DNA of 61,043 bases, counting the filler, from Nemertoderma westbladi (Eukaryota; Animalia; Xenacoelomorpha): NCBI GenBank assembly GCA_032718475.1. It is 3 parts of 3 records of this genome, joined end to end, with 100 filler letters (N's around TTAATTAATTAA, not from the genome) between each part and the next. Parts side by side here need not be neighbours in the genome. Positions count along the whole stretch, not along the records: positions 21,865 to 43,343 come from JAUCBJ010004077.1; positions 43,444 to 61,043 come from JAUCBJ010001289.1; 1 more part is not named here. One strand, written 5' to 3'. Shown here in pieces: positions 36,240-48,249 of the stretch (its first letter is position 1; every line of letters starts with the position of its first letter). The notes beneath the pieces are model-generated. The model did not search any database. It was not told the origin of the DNA and worked only from the letters and a program-made list of their open reading frames with translations. The translations under genes and the position numbers were made by a program.

Positions 36240-39200
36240 TGTGGAGCGATTGCAGTTTGGTCTACGCCCTCGCACCCGCCCGGCAAATCAAACACAATGA
36301 CTTGGTGCTAACATTGCAGCAACCGAGACACACATACAGGCTGTCACCACGAACCACAAAACTAAAAAACAACAGTTACTTTCAAAATCACGAGCGGCAG
36401 ATAAACAAACGATACTCTGTACCGGATGTAATAAACCTTATCGATACTTAGCCAGTCTAGATAAACGTCAGAAACTATGTTCACGCTCCCAAACTCTACA
36501 CAACCAGCAACCAATGAACGAATTACCGTTTCCAGTCGACACTCTCCCCCCTCAGAACTCCAACTCTAACACAATCACGCTCATTGGATGGAATGTTGAG
36601 GGCGCCAATACAACAATGGAAACAACCATAGATAACTCATTTGTATTGAACGATATTCTGCTACTAACTGAAACTCTCGATAACGATCTGACGATTCCGG
36701 GCTTCTCCTGCAAAAATATTCCTTCTAGCAAAGGTGAACATGGCCGCCCTTTCGGTGGTATTAGTGTAGCAATCAATATGAAACATGGTGCTACGCAGAA
36801 TGTAATTTACAAAAGTGAGTCATTACTGGCAGTTCATTTTGCAAAATTTGTATTCGTATGCAGTTACTTTAAACCAAACACCGACGTAGCGGAAATACTA
36901 CTCGAACTAGTAAATGCGGTAAACATGATCAGATCCACAACGAAACACCCTATTGTAACTGTTGGGGACTTCAACTGCCGCCTCGAAACTGGCGACCGTG
37001 GGAGATTGTTAAGCGAAGGGCTACGCGGAGCTGGACTGCACTGCTTACCAGACCCAACTGTCCCCACTTACTACAGCTGGAACGGCTCGAGTGTAATTGA
37101 TCTGGTTTTTGTAGATGAGTCGCTGCTTAATCTAACCACATTAAACGTGAAACCAACAGTCAACACAAAACACCAACGCATTGTCATCGATCTACTCACA
37201 AATGATATCACGGAGCGCAATCAAAGAACTCCAACTAATAGACGAATTGATACGGAAAAACTCGGTTCTATTCTCAACCAAGATGAATTTCAGGCGGCGC
37301 TCAACGATGGAGTCGACTCAGCATGTAGCTATATAACATCCGCTATTACTAAATCGGCTATAACGCGCAAACCACGGAAATCAAAACCTTGGTTTGATCG
37401 TGAATGTTATTTGGCCAAGGAGGAACTCACGGCATGTTTTAATGCAATGCGCATGAATAGTACAGATGAGTCTAGGGAAGTTCATACAACCACTAAACGG
37501 AGGTATAAACTGTTATTATTAAACAAGATGAAATTATATAAAGCGCGGAAAGAAATACGCTTGATCGAAAATAGCGAAGAAGATAAAGCATCTTTCTGGA
37601 ATATCTTAAAGTGTAATCGGACCGCTACTAAACCTGCTGCGCAATAAGTCTTGGAAGAATCGTGGTCTACTCATTTTACGAATCTACTATCAACCGAAAA
37701 TAATCCACAACTACCAACCATCCCCGAACGGCCATCTAACGACTTAGACAAACCGATTGATCCCGCTGATATCACGGAAGCGGTTTACAGTCAAAAGCCG
37801 AATAAAGCAGCTGGTCCGGACGGTATCACCAGTGAAGCCTTGAAGTATGGTTTTGGTCACCTGCTTCCGTTTTTACTGACATTGTTTAGTGTTTGTTTTG
37901 CAACTGCTGCTTGCCCTGCAACCTGGCTAAAATCATACCTAATTATGCTCTATAAGGGTAAGGGAAGTAAATTATCCCCGGACTGTTACCGTGGAATAGC
38001 GCTACTATCATGTTTGTTTAAAGTATATATTTCGATATTATTCACACGCCTATACGAATTTGCAGAACGCCGAGGCCTACTACCAGATGCGCAATACGGT
38101 TACAGAAAATCACGTTCGACGATCGACGCTGTAAACGTCTATATACCCGCATCAATTTTGCCCTTGAAGCTAAGGGTGGCCATTTATACTGCGTATTTGT
38201 TGATTTTCGAAAATGTTTCGACTCGATAAACCGAGAGATTCTCTGCAGGAAATTATCGAAACTTGGAGTAAGTTGAAAGTTTATTATCGCTATCTGGTCT
38301 ATGATCGCTATCAACTACATATATATCTGTGTTGGAGTTCACATTCTGGAGCCTATTACTCAAACAATTGGAGTTGTACAAGGCGATAAACTGTCTCCTT
38401 TACTTTTTAGTCTTTTTGTATCAGACCTACCAGCCTATCTCATATTCGCATCAATTTGGATCATAATGTATACTGATAATCTAGTCATATCAGGTGACTC
38501 TATCGCGGAGGTTCAAGCTAGTCTAGACAAACTCTCAGAATATTGTGAAGTAAATGGAATCCAGGTCAATATTGCGAAGACAAAGGTGGTTAAGTTCCGG
38601 AAGGGGGCGGAGATTATCGAGGACTGACATTCTAGAATATAACGGGCACAAATTGGAATTTCAAAGCTCCTTTCAATATTTAGGAGTTACTCTCTCAACG
38701 AAAAATGGATCCAGAGGACACTACGATTATCTATACTCGAAAGGACTCTCCAGTTGTGTTGTAATTGCAACAAAGGTAAACCTACGCATCGTTTCGCTAG
38801 AATCCGCCCAACGTTTATGGCAGTCTATTGTCCTTCCATCGACCACTTATGGCTGCAACGTCTTCACTGCAAATGGTGACCTAACGCAACTGGATCATGT
38901 GCAACGTGTCCGCGGTTTTTACTGGAAACTCTGGTGTGGAATAAGCAAGTTTGCCTCCACCACAGCCATCCTAAGTGCCATAGACAACCCGGCTAACTCA
39001 GATCCAAACGTGACAGGTCTCACAGGTTTCCGACGCCGCGCGGCAGCGCAGCTATTATCAAACGGTTGCCACCACCGCCTATGTACGAAACTCAATTGCT
39101 GGAGACCCACGGAAAACTGGCGGCAAACACAGACCACTACAAACTATGTACGTGCATACCTCAGTGCAGTTCACACCTAAAGACAGCAATTTGGCTGATG

Positions 39201-39300
39201 AAGACAGATGATGCAACACTAACTATTTAACTCAATAGAAAGTTCAAGGCCCGACTATACTGTTTATTTATTTTATCTTATTTAATGTGCCTTATATTAT
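36240..39300 (+). mobile_element. Near full-length, disabled LINE ORF2 (APE endonuclease + RT; L2/Daphne-like, clade uncertain)
   Basis: APE motifs GWNVEG, LTET, GDFN, SVIDL (36514-37647). RT motifs KAAGPDGI, YRGIAL, QYGYRK, GVVQGDKLSP, YTDN. In-frame stop at 37645-37647 and several frameshifts. Confidence 0.88.
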
Positions 39301-40074
39301 GCCAATCACCCCCTTCCCATCTTTTTATCTAAAAATACTTTTATTTTATTTAAGTTTATTTTATAAATTTTATGTGCTCTATCCAATTACAACTTATCGC
39401 TTTAATTATGTTAAATCAAGTGTCATTACAATAGGCATGCTTATAACCATTTACTCGAGTAATTAAACGTCATATTGAATCTCAAAAGTATCATTTTTAG
39501 TGTATTTCATTTTTAGTGCATTTGTCCACATTACATTAAGGAGGTAAATGTAGACTTGTGCCGGACTTCACATTTTTTGCGTTATCTCAAGAACTATTTG
39601 CTCTACGTTTGTTTTGAAGGTGTCTACCCCTACTAAATCGGCCATTGCGTTTCTAATGAGCATATTATTAATGCAGTAGGATTGCTCAAAGATGGCCATC
39701 GCAAAAATGGTAATAATCATTTTACCTACCACTTGTGCCAAATGGTAGGTTCTGGTCATGTCCCTGTGGCACTAGTTCCCTTGATCCAAAAATTAAAATT
39801 TTTGTATCCAACTTAAGTTTGGACCCATATGATGACATTTGATGCATGCAGGAAGTTGTCTCTTGAGTCATTGATCTTTCATTAATATGTTACATTGTTA
39901 TAAATTTAATTGTGGTGCATCGCGAAGGCTCAAATTTTCAACCCCTTGGGATCCGCCAAGATATCGATGAAATTTAGAGAATTTTTTTGCCTTAATTTTT
40001 TACCATTTGGCAACTTTTGCGCACCGGTAGAACAATGAAATCTGAAAAAATTAATCCACCCCATTCACTACCCA

Positions 40075-40649
40075 GGGTGGATAATAGGTTTTGATTCATC
40101 ACTTCCCGGACTTGAATAATAGGCCTTGATCCGTCACTTCCCGGACTTGAATAATAGGCCTTGATTCCTCACTTCCTGGACTTGAATAATAGGCCTTGAT
40201 CCATCACTTCCCGGACTTGAATAATAGGCATTGACCCATAACTTCCCGGACTTGAATAATAGGCCTTGACCCATAACTTCCCGGACTTGAATAATAGGCC
40301 TTGATCCATCACTTCCCGGTCTTGAATAATAGGCCTTGATCCAGCACTTCCCGGACTTGAAAAATAGGCCTTGATCCATCACTTCCCGGACTTGAATAAT
40401 AGGCCTTGACCCATAACTTCCCGGACTTGAATAATAGGCCTTGACCCATAACTTCCGGACTTGAATAATAGGCCTTGATCCATCACTTCCCGGACTTGAA
40501 TAATGGGCCCTGATACATCACTTCCCTGTTGACTGGAATAATAGGCCCTGATCCATCACTTTCTGGGGTGGAATAATAGGCCCTGATCCATCACTTCCTG
40601 GAGTGGAATAATAGGCTCTGATCCATCACTTCCTGGGGTGGAATAATAG
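40075..40649. repeat. 35-bp minisatellite, ~16 copies
   Basis: Unit ataataggccttgatccatcacttcccggacttga at 40081, 40116, 40151, 40186...; edge copies diverged (ggggtgga). Confidence 0.93.
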
Positions 40650-41158
40650 TGGAAACAAACTGCTCTGTCTTAAATATTGTAAGTTAACTGAGACTTTGCA
40701 TTCTATTGGCAATGCTACCCACAGCAAATATTCTTTATTCCCAAAACGAGTATCTATACTGAACGACCTCACATTATCCAAGAATCTTAGATGCTTGTCC
40801 ATCAGTCGGTGTTATTCATCACCATGCTCATTAAAACACTCAATAAATCTGAAGTATTTTAATGCCTATAATGACTGTCGATTCTACTTTAATTAATTAA
40901 TTATTCGCGTCAGCCGTTCTTCCTCTCAACGGACTTTTTTGCTGCTCTGATTACTCTCTGCCCGAATTGAATCGTCTAACTTTATCATACTTTATATTTT
41001 ATTGGTATTTGATTCATTCTCTTGTTCATTTCATTTCAATTCTTTTACTTTTTTTTTAATTTGATTCAATTGCATCTTCTTGTGATTTTTATATAAGAAT
41101 TTTACTTAAATAAATGCCAGTTTTGGCGTGGTTGCGCGAGTAACTAACTGACACTTAC

Positions 41159-41348
41159 GGTATAACACAGTGTGCTGCAGTGAGAACATATTCGGGGTGT
41201 ATCAATGTCCCACCACAGAAATGGCCAGAAGTTCTCATACTGACTTGCCATGGATAAGACCCTGGTATCGCCTCGCTTCCTCCAACAATACGACCCGATG
41301 TTTCTAGATTAGTGCCGATTGCAGGAAGACCACAGGGTTGTATCACAT
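41159..41348 (-). CDS. Single exon of a trypsin-like (S1A) serine protease: activation site to catalytic His
   Basis: GTACAG|AT acceptor and CC|GTAAGT donor; 190 nt, phase 1-2; [19 protein letters not shown]^[43 protein letters not shown]. Confidence 0.93.
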
Positions 41349-41474
41349 CTGTACGATATAAAATAATGAGAGTTTCAGTTGAACTTATTCAGCCAAAGTA
41401 TGAATACAAACAATACAAATTAGAAATAGATTGACATGTTTATTGTTATTGTTTATAGTTTATGTTTCGGTTTG

Positions 41475-41843
41475 ACAGGACTTGAACAAAGCCGCATGCG
41501 CTTCGCAGGACATAACGTAACCCGTGAAGACCAGCCTGTACATGTCTTGCGCATTGGAAGGATCATAGAGGACATTAACAAGCCGGACAGCCCATATGAA
41601 TTTCTGAAGACGCCCCCAAAAGGACACTGGCCTTGATGATGCTGATAGTCTCTCAATAGTTATAGTTCTGGGGGATAGGACTTTTTGTCGAAAGGCCGGA
41701 ATAGCATTATTAATTAACGCTGCATTGCAGCATGCCAATTGGTACTTTACAATTGGCAATTCACAAGGTGGGAGCACAAATTTTTTGTTAAGCCAACATA
41801 GATCTCACAGCAGCATTGTAGTAGGCCGATTATAGTAGTAGTA
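41475..41843 (+). mobile_element. Decayed 3' fragment of the 32158-34201 RTE family
   Basis: EQSRMRFAGH...REDQPVH; aaaggacactggcctt; ends gccgattatagtagtagta. Confidence 0.75.
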
Positions 41844-41940
41844 ATCAGTATACTGAAAGAAAAATACTTGCGGCGTAACAAAAGAGTACGAAAGTGTTAT
41901 AATATAAATTTACTAATACGAAGTTACTACATGATATTAA

Positions 41941-43090
41941 GGGGGGGGGGGGGGGGGGGGGCACATTTTCTGACCAAAAAGACGAATTTATGAAACATAT
42001 CCTATCTGATGCAGAATTTCATGCTGAATCCAAATATGGAAACCGTTTTCCCATATCTTGCTTTGTTTTCGAGATATCTCGGATAGAAGATACTGGCTCC
42101 GATATATTGCGATATCGGTAAAGGTGATGAAGTTTGGGGTTTGCATTCAATTTCTGCAAATTTTTGTGCTCAGTGGTGCCAATTGGATGTTTCCACGAGA
42201 AAGAGCACAAAATTTTAATTGAGAAGGTATTTTTTTATGATTATTGGACCTACTGATCAGTTTATAAGACAACTTCAAGTCTCCGTAATGAAGATGGGAC
42301 TCGAATAAGCGACTCTGCGGTCTTTGCGGGATTACACGGAATAGACTTATCGGTCATTGGAGATCTTCAAAATGTATAATCTCCATTTGTAGTGGTCGTA
42401 CGAAGTTCCTTTTAGGCTCATTCGAAAGCTCTTTTCTTAGAGAAATAAGTTACCATTTGATTTAAGACAAAATGGTTGTAAAGCAAAATAACATGAATTT
42501 GGGAAAATATGCCTTGCTAATTTTGTTCAAGTTATGATTGCTCAGGCAGCTTTCAAGAATTTGCCAAACTGAAAACTGGTCTCTGATAAAAGAGCTTTCG
42601 AATGAGCCCAAAACGAACTCCGTACGACCACTAGAACTGGAGATTATACTAGAACTGGAGATGAATGTCTCCGATGACCGATAAGTCTATTCCGTGTAAT
42701 CCCGCGCCGCAAAGACAGCAGAGTCGCTTATTCGAGTTCCGTCTTCATTCCAGAGACTTGAAGTTGTCTTATAAACTGATCAGTAGGTCCAATAATCATA
42801 AAAAAAATACCTTCTCAATTAAAATTTTGTGCTCTTTCTCGTTGAGACATCCAATTAGCACCACTGAGCACAGAAATGTGCAGAAATTTAATGCAAACCC
42901 CAAACTTCATCTCCTTTACCGATATCGCGATATATCGGAGCCAGTATCTTCTATCTCAGATATCTCGAAAACTAAGGAAGATATGGGAAAACGGTTTCCA
43001 TATTTGGATTCAGCATGAAATTCTGTATCAGATAGGGTATGTTTCAAAAAGTCGACTTTTTGGTCAGAAAATGCGCTACCCCCGCCCCCC
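41941..43090. mobile_element. Near-palindromic non-autonomous DNA transposon (Kolobok-like MITE)
   Basis: ~500-bp TIRs (41941-~42440 vs ~42585-43090; mirror ORFs ending GKRFPYLDSA), GG...CC termini, flanks TTAA / TTTA. Confidence 0.75.
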
Positions 43091-43343
43091 TTTATAAACT
43101 GAATAATATGATTTTCTTGTTAAAATAAATTATGGTATTGAATAATTTAAACGGGAATTTGAATGAACAACAGAGCTAAAAATAAATTCGCCACCGGCGA
43201 ATTTTTGTAGTAGCCGATATTGTTAGTTTTTAATTAATGAGAATATTTGTTTTCAAGGAGAGTTTGCCAATTTTCAGCTGAAATCGATATGCATATCAAC
43301 AATATGTAATCAGTACCAGGTTTCTCTCCCTAAGAAAATATAT

Positions 43344-43443
43344 NNNNNNNNNNNNNNNNNNNNNNNNNNNNNNNNNNNNNNNNNNNNTTAATTAATTAAN
43401 NNNNNNNNNNNNNNNNNNNNNNNNNNNNNNNNNNNNNNNNNNN
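43344..43443. other. Artificial scaffold join
   Basis: N44-TTAATTAATTAA-N44. Confidence 0.97.
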
Positions 43444-43454
43444 ACGGAGGCTGA

Positions 43455-45397
43455 GCGGTGGTAGTTGTTAAGTGATAGATGAACACCTGTCAGTCAATGT
43501 CTTATGATATTAATCTTGCACTGTCATTATTATATTGTGTCATTATTATATTATTGAGCAAAACATTATACTATTTTGGCCTCTCTATAATTCTTATTTA
43601 TTATCTATCAACTCCCACCATCTATATCGTGCGAGTCATTTCCTCGACTGTGACAATTTCCAGGTCGCCTGACAAGGATTGATGGTGGGAATAGGAAACA
43701 AAGGTAGAGGATACGACCGTATTTCTATCTTCGAAAGCCAAGGTGATGGGCTGACAAAGACAAAGCGAACAGGAAAACTATGGACTCGCACTGGTCATAA
43801 GTCCCAGAAAGACCATATTCTGTATCGCAAGAGATATAGGAACTCTGTACAAGATAAGCTAAGTCCGCTTAGCCCCTTCTCCAGCGATTATCGTTTTATT
43901 GTGGCCGAGGTAAGACTTAGTCTGCAAGTCTAACAGAACTAACAAACAGCATGATTGGTCCTCGCTGTTGCAACAGCATGAGATACACACTACAGCTGAG
44001 AAACAGTAATGAGGTTCTTGCATCGTAGGTGGCGGCAGATTACTGCGGGGGATATACTGCCTTCACAGAATTAGTTAATTAGTTAGCAGCTGCAGAAACA
44101 GTTCCGTTATACCCTCGAACAGAAAAATCACCCTGGACTGACTCTCTTTTACTACTTCAAGAAAAATACGGATTAAAGAGAGGTGAAAAATACTGTATTT
44201 TTGTAATATAATTATTTATTATTAGTTTAATATTATTAATATAATATTATTATTGTTATTAACTATTTAAAATTTTCACGTATTTGCAATAAATACCCAT
44301 TGGCCACGACTTGCAATTCAATATAGAACAGTGACGGGCAGTGCCCGTATGCCAGACAAGTATCAACAGGCCCAGCCCGCCTGACGTGCGCAAAGGGTTA
44401 AAGGCTAAGGGAAAGCTCATGTGTGCATTGGGTAGAATAGCTGAGCATTATGATCGAAATAGTAACTTGCAGAATAATATAATTAATTTAGCAATAAGCT
44501 GTAATTCAATTCAAGGGAATAAAATGAACACAGTTAAAAAGCGTCCTATATTGTACCAGCAAAGTCATAATAAAAGTGATAAAATGGTTGGACATATTTC
44601 CGTTACTCTGGAAACGTAGAAGTGCATAGTTTATTCGATAGACATTGGAACAAACTTTTATGCATTAATTTTTTGGGAAAACTCTCACTAACAGTTATCT
44701 AGTAGCTATGTAAATTCCATGTTTCTAAATATAGAAACATGCAATTGAAATTCTTAATATCATCAGATTTTTTGGATCATGGTTTTTTTCACTGTCGATT
44801 CTTGCATTTTTTGATCAAATGTTTTGTACTGTTAAAAACAGGAACATTCTTCAAATTTTTAAAATTTCGTTGTCTAATATAGTGAGGGATGTTTAAGGAA
44901 CTATGTTTTTTAAGGAAAATTCTAATAATTTCCGGAAAAGTATTTTCATCCGTAGTCACGATCACAAGAGACAAGACAACGAACCAAATAAACATATCTA
45001 AGCAGGAACCCTTATTTTAATGTTTATTCTACTTGTGTTATACTATATGTTTTCAGAATGTGCTTAATAAAATAATTAATAAAATAGGAAATTTCCGGAA
45101 AATGTACAGGAAATTTCCGTAAAAATGTATAGGAAATTTCCCTAACATTTCCTGACTCACATCCCTACTAATATATTAACATTCAGGTTTCTTTGAAAGG
45201 TATTTGCGATAAATTGATTGAAAAGTTAGGGTAATGAAAACTAGAGAAAATGTTTCTTTCAGTATAGTTACTTTTGTCACATATTCACCACAAAAAGATA
45301 TTGCATTGGTACCCAGCTTTCATAGATAAATGTTCCAGAATATAATAAGAATAATTAGGTAATTAAAATGTTATTTTTCAAATGATAACAATAATAT
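43455..45397. repeat. Left arm of a 1943-bp apparently identical inverted duplication (partner 52914-54856)
   Basis: Identical mirror ORFs (43479/54832, 43679/54632, 44341/53970, 44995/53316). It contains a decayed RTE piece (~43700-44140, matching 32158-32222). Confidence 0.92.
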
Positions 45398-48249
45398 TAG
45401 TCTGGTTCCTTTTTGCCGAAATAATGATGGCGAAGGCAAATTTGGGTAATGGCTGGCATCCAAGGGTTTTAAGCTAAATCGAGTGTGTTGATTCCCAATC
45501 CGTCTGATGCCAAGATCCATTGTGAATTTCTGGTTCCCATTTCACTATGGCAACAGGAGGTCATTTGCAAAACACCACTTTCTATTGACCCTACAGAATT
45601 ATAACCTTAACCGACCCCCCCCCCCCCCCCCCCCCTAAACCGGCATCAGAAAATCCATTGGGGTATATTTTAAAACCCAGTTACCATGGCAACTGTTCGA
45701 ACTACGTCTTCAAATGTCGTTTTTACTGCAAATTTAGGTTAATTTTTGCAAATATCAATAGTTTTCTAAACCATTGCCAAATACGTGTTCCCCTTGGGCT
45801 AAAATCATGAAACATTCCAAATATTGTTAATATGACCCTCTATATTTTTAATTGTGGCACCATAAAAATGGATTAGCCATGTATCCATGGAAACTACAGT
45901 AGCAAAAAATAACCTTGTGCAATGTTTCATCACCTTACATATAGTTACAATCAGTTTAAAAATAAATCCATTTAGGGTCAATTACCTTACATGTTCATAA
46001 CCCAAGACAATTATTTACCGACACAGCAGGTATTTTCTTATTACCATAGCAACGGGAAACATTTTGTAATATGTCGAATATCCGTAAGAAACATGTCATA
46101 TGTATTTCAGATGCATTTCAATATGTTATATAGTCAACATTCATGATCACAAGCGAAGTCATTATTCTATTGTTACCATAGCAACGGGCATAATTTATTA
46201 TTTATGTATTTCCAAAATAGTTTTGGTATTTTATTCACCTTAGAGGTTAATAATTTAAGTATTTTTGATAATTAAAAGTATATGGGGCTACTGTAGTTAT
46301 TCTATTTGACAAAGTTATGTTTTATGGTCATAGCAACGGGAGTTTTCCTCCTAATACTGGAATAACTGTTGGGTTTCCCAAAATTTATTAAAATGTGCAG
46401 TTCAGTCAAATTTTAAAATATGGGACGTGTACCAAATCACTAAAATATATTTGAATTTACTTTATGCTCTTAGCAACGAAAGTTTACCATATCAACCGAG
46501 GGTTTTTCATAAGAACATTGGGTTTTTCATAGCATTAACATGTATTTTTGCATAGGTTTTATATAAGAGAAGCAAGTTATCTGTAGTGAAGGCATGTTTT
46601 GAATAACAATGATAATTTTTGCAGAGCAATGGCTACTTTAGCTTAGCAACGACGTGTTTACATTGTAACAGCGGTCTTTTCACAACAAAGACATATTTTA
46701 TACAGTAGATAAATGGTGAGTTTTACAGTGGCAATCAACTATGTTTATGTTTTTTCCAAAGCAACGATAAGTTTATCCTTAGCAACGGCGACGATTGTAT
46801 AGTAATGAAGAGTTTACCTTAGCAACGGATTGTTTTTACATGGTAAAAACTTCGAGATATCACTATCATAAGATAATCTGATAGAGATTTAGTTGTATCT
46901 GCACTACAAGGAAATCATGAAGAGGCAGACACTCGTATAGTATTGCACTGCCTGAACATTGATGCAGATTCTATAGTGGTATTGTCTAGAGATACAGATG
47001 TTCTTGCGTTACACATAGCCCACTACAGTAAAATGAAATGTGCCTATTTATGGCTGAAGTCAGGGACTTCAAAGAAGCCACGTTATATTCCAGTGCACAA
47101 AATTCATGAAAGATTATCTAGTGATATCATAAACACATTGCTGGCATTCCACAGTATCACAGGATGTGATAGTGTATCACAACTGTTAGGACATAGCAAG
47201 AAGACTGCTTTGGAATGTTTTTCTGGAAAACCATCATCTGCTACAAAATCTTGGAATCTCATGCACAGATGCCTGCAAAGGCATTGTTTCATCAATACCT
47301 TGCGAAAACAGAGCATAGCATAGCGGTAATGGTGAAAAATATCGAGACTTGAAAAATATCGAGAGTAAAAATAACGCGAGATGAAAAATATCGAAAATAA
47401 CGAGTGTTGAAAAATATCGAGTGTTGAAAAATATCGAGAGTAAAAATATCGAGTGTTGAAAAATATCGAGAGTAAAAATATCGAGTGTTGAAAAATATCG
47501 AGAGTAAAAATATCGAGTGTTGAAAAATATCGAGAGTAAAAATAACGAGTGTTGAAAATTAACGTGATTAAAAAATATCGAGAGTAAAAATAACGCGAGA
47601 TGAAAAATATCGAAAATAACGAGTGTTGAAAAATATCGAGTGTTGAAAAATATCGAGAGTAAAAATATCGAGTGTTGAAAAATATCGAGAGTAAAAATAT
47701 CGAGTGTTGAAAAATATCGAGAGTAAAAATATCGAGTGTTGAAAAATATCGAGAGTAAAAATATCGACTGTTGAAAAATATCGAGAGTAAAAATATCGAG
47801 TGTTGAAAAATATCGAGAGTAAAAATATCGAGTGTTGAAAAATGTCGAGAGTAAAAATATCGAGTGTTGAAAAATATCGAGAGTAAAAATATCGAGTGTT
47901 GAAAAATATCGAGAGTAAAAATATCGAGTGTTGAAAAATATCGAGTGTTGAAAAATATCGAGAGTAAAAATATCGAGAGTAAAAATATCGAGTGTTGAAA
48001 AATATCGAGAGTAAAAATAACGAGTGTTGAGAAATATCGAGAGTACAAATATTGCATTTTGCTTGAGCATTTTATTTAGAATTATGGAACAATATTGCAG
48101 TGCATGGGTTACAACAGTGCAAGTGCAAGTGAATGGCATTATGTAATACACCTTGGGTACCCATTTACCAGATTTATTATACTAGCTAGTTTTTGCTATT
48201 TTTTTAATAAATATTATAAAAGAAGTGCTAGCTATAAATTTTGATAAAT

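Noticed and set aside
39195-39215. CTGATGA hammerhead-like start (also ~49422 and minus ~58450)
   Set aside because: No stem II followed by GAAA and no flanking stems
21058-41159. Protease exon and Cys-rich exons forming one mosaic gene
   Set aside because: Phase mismatch, missing catalytic exons and an intervening artificial gap; cannot be supported
43479-44995. Duplicated small genes (mirror copies at 53316-54832)
   Set aside because: Short non-coding or TE-derived frames duplicated by the inverted arm
47104-48151. 317-aa and 305-aa hydrophobic ORFs
   Set aside because: Translations of the 15/17-bp foldback satellite
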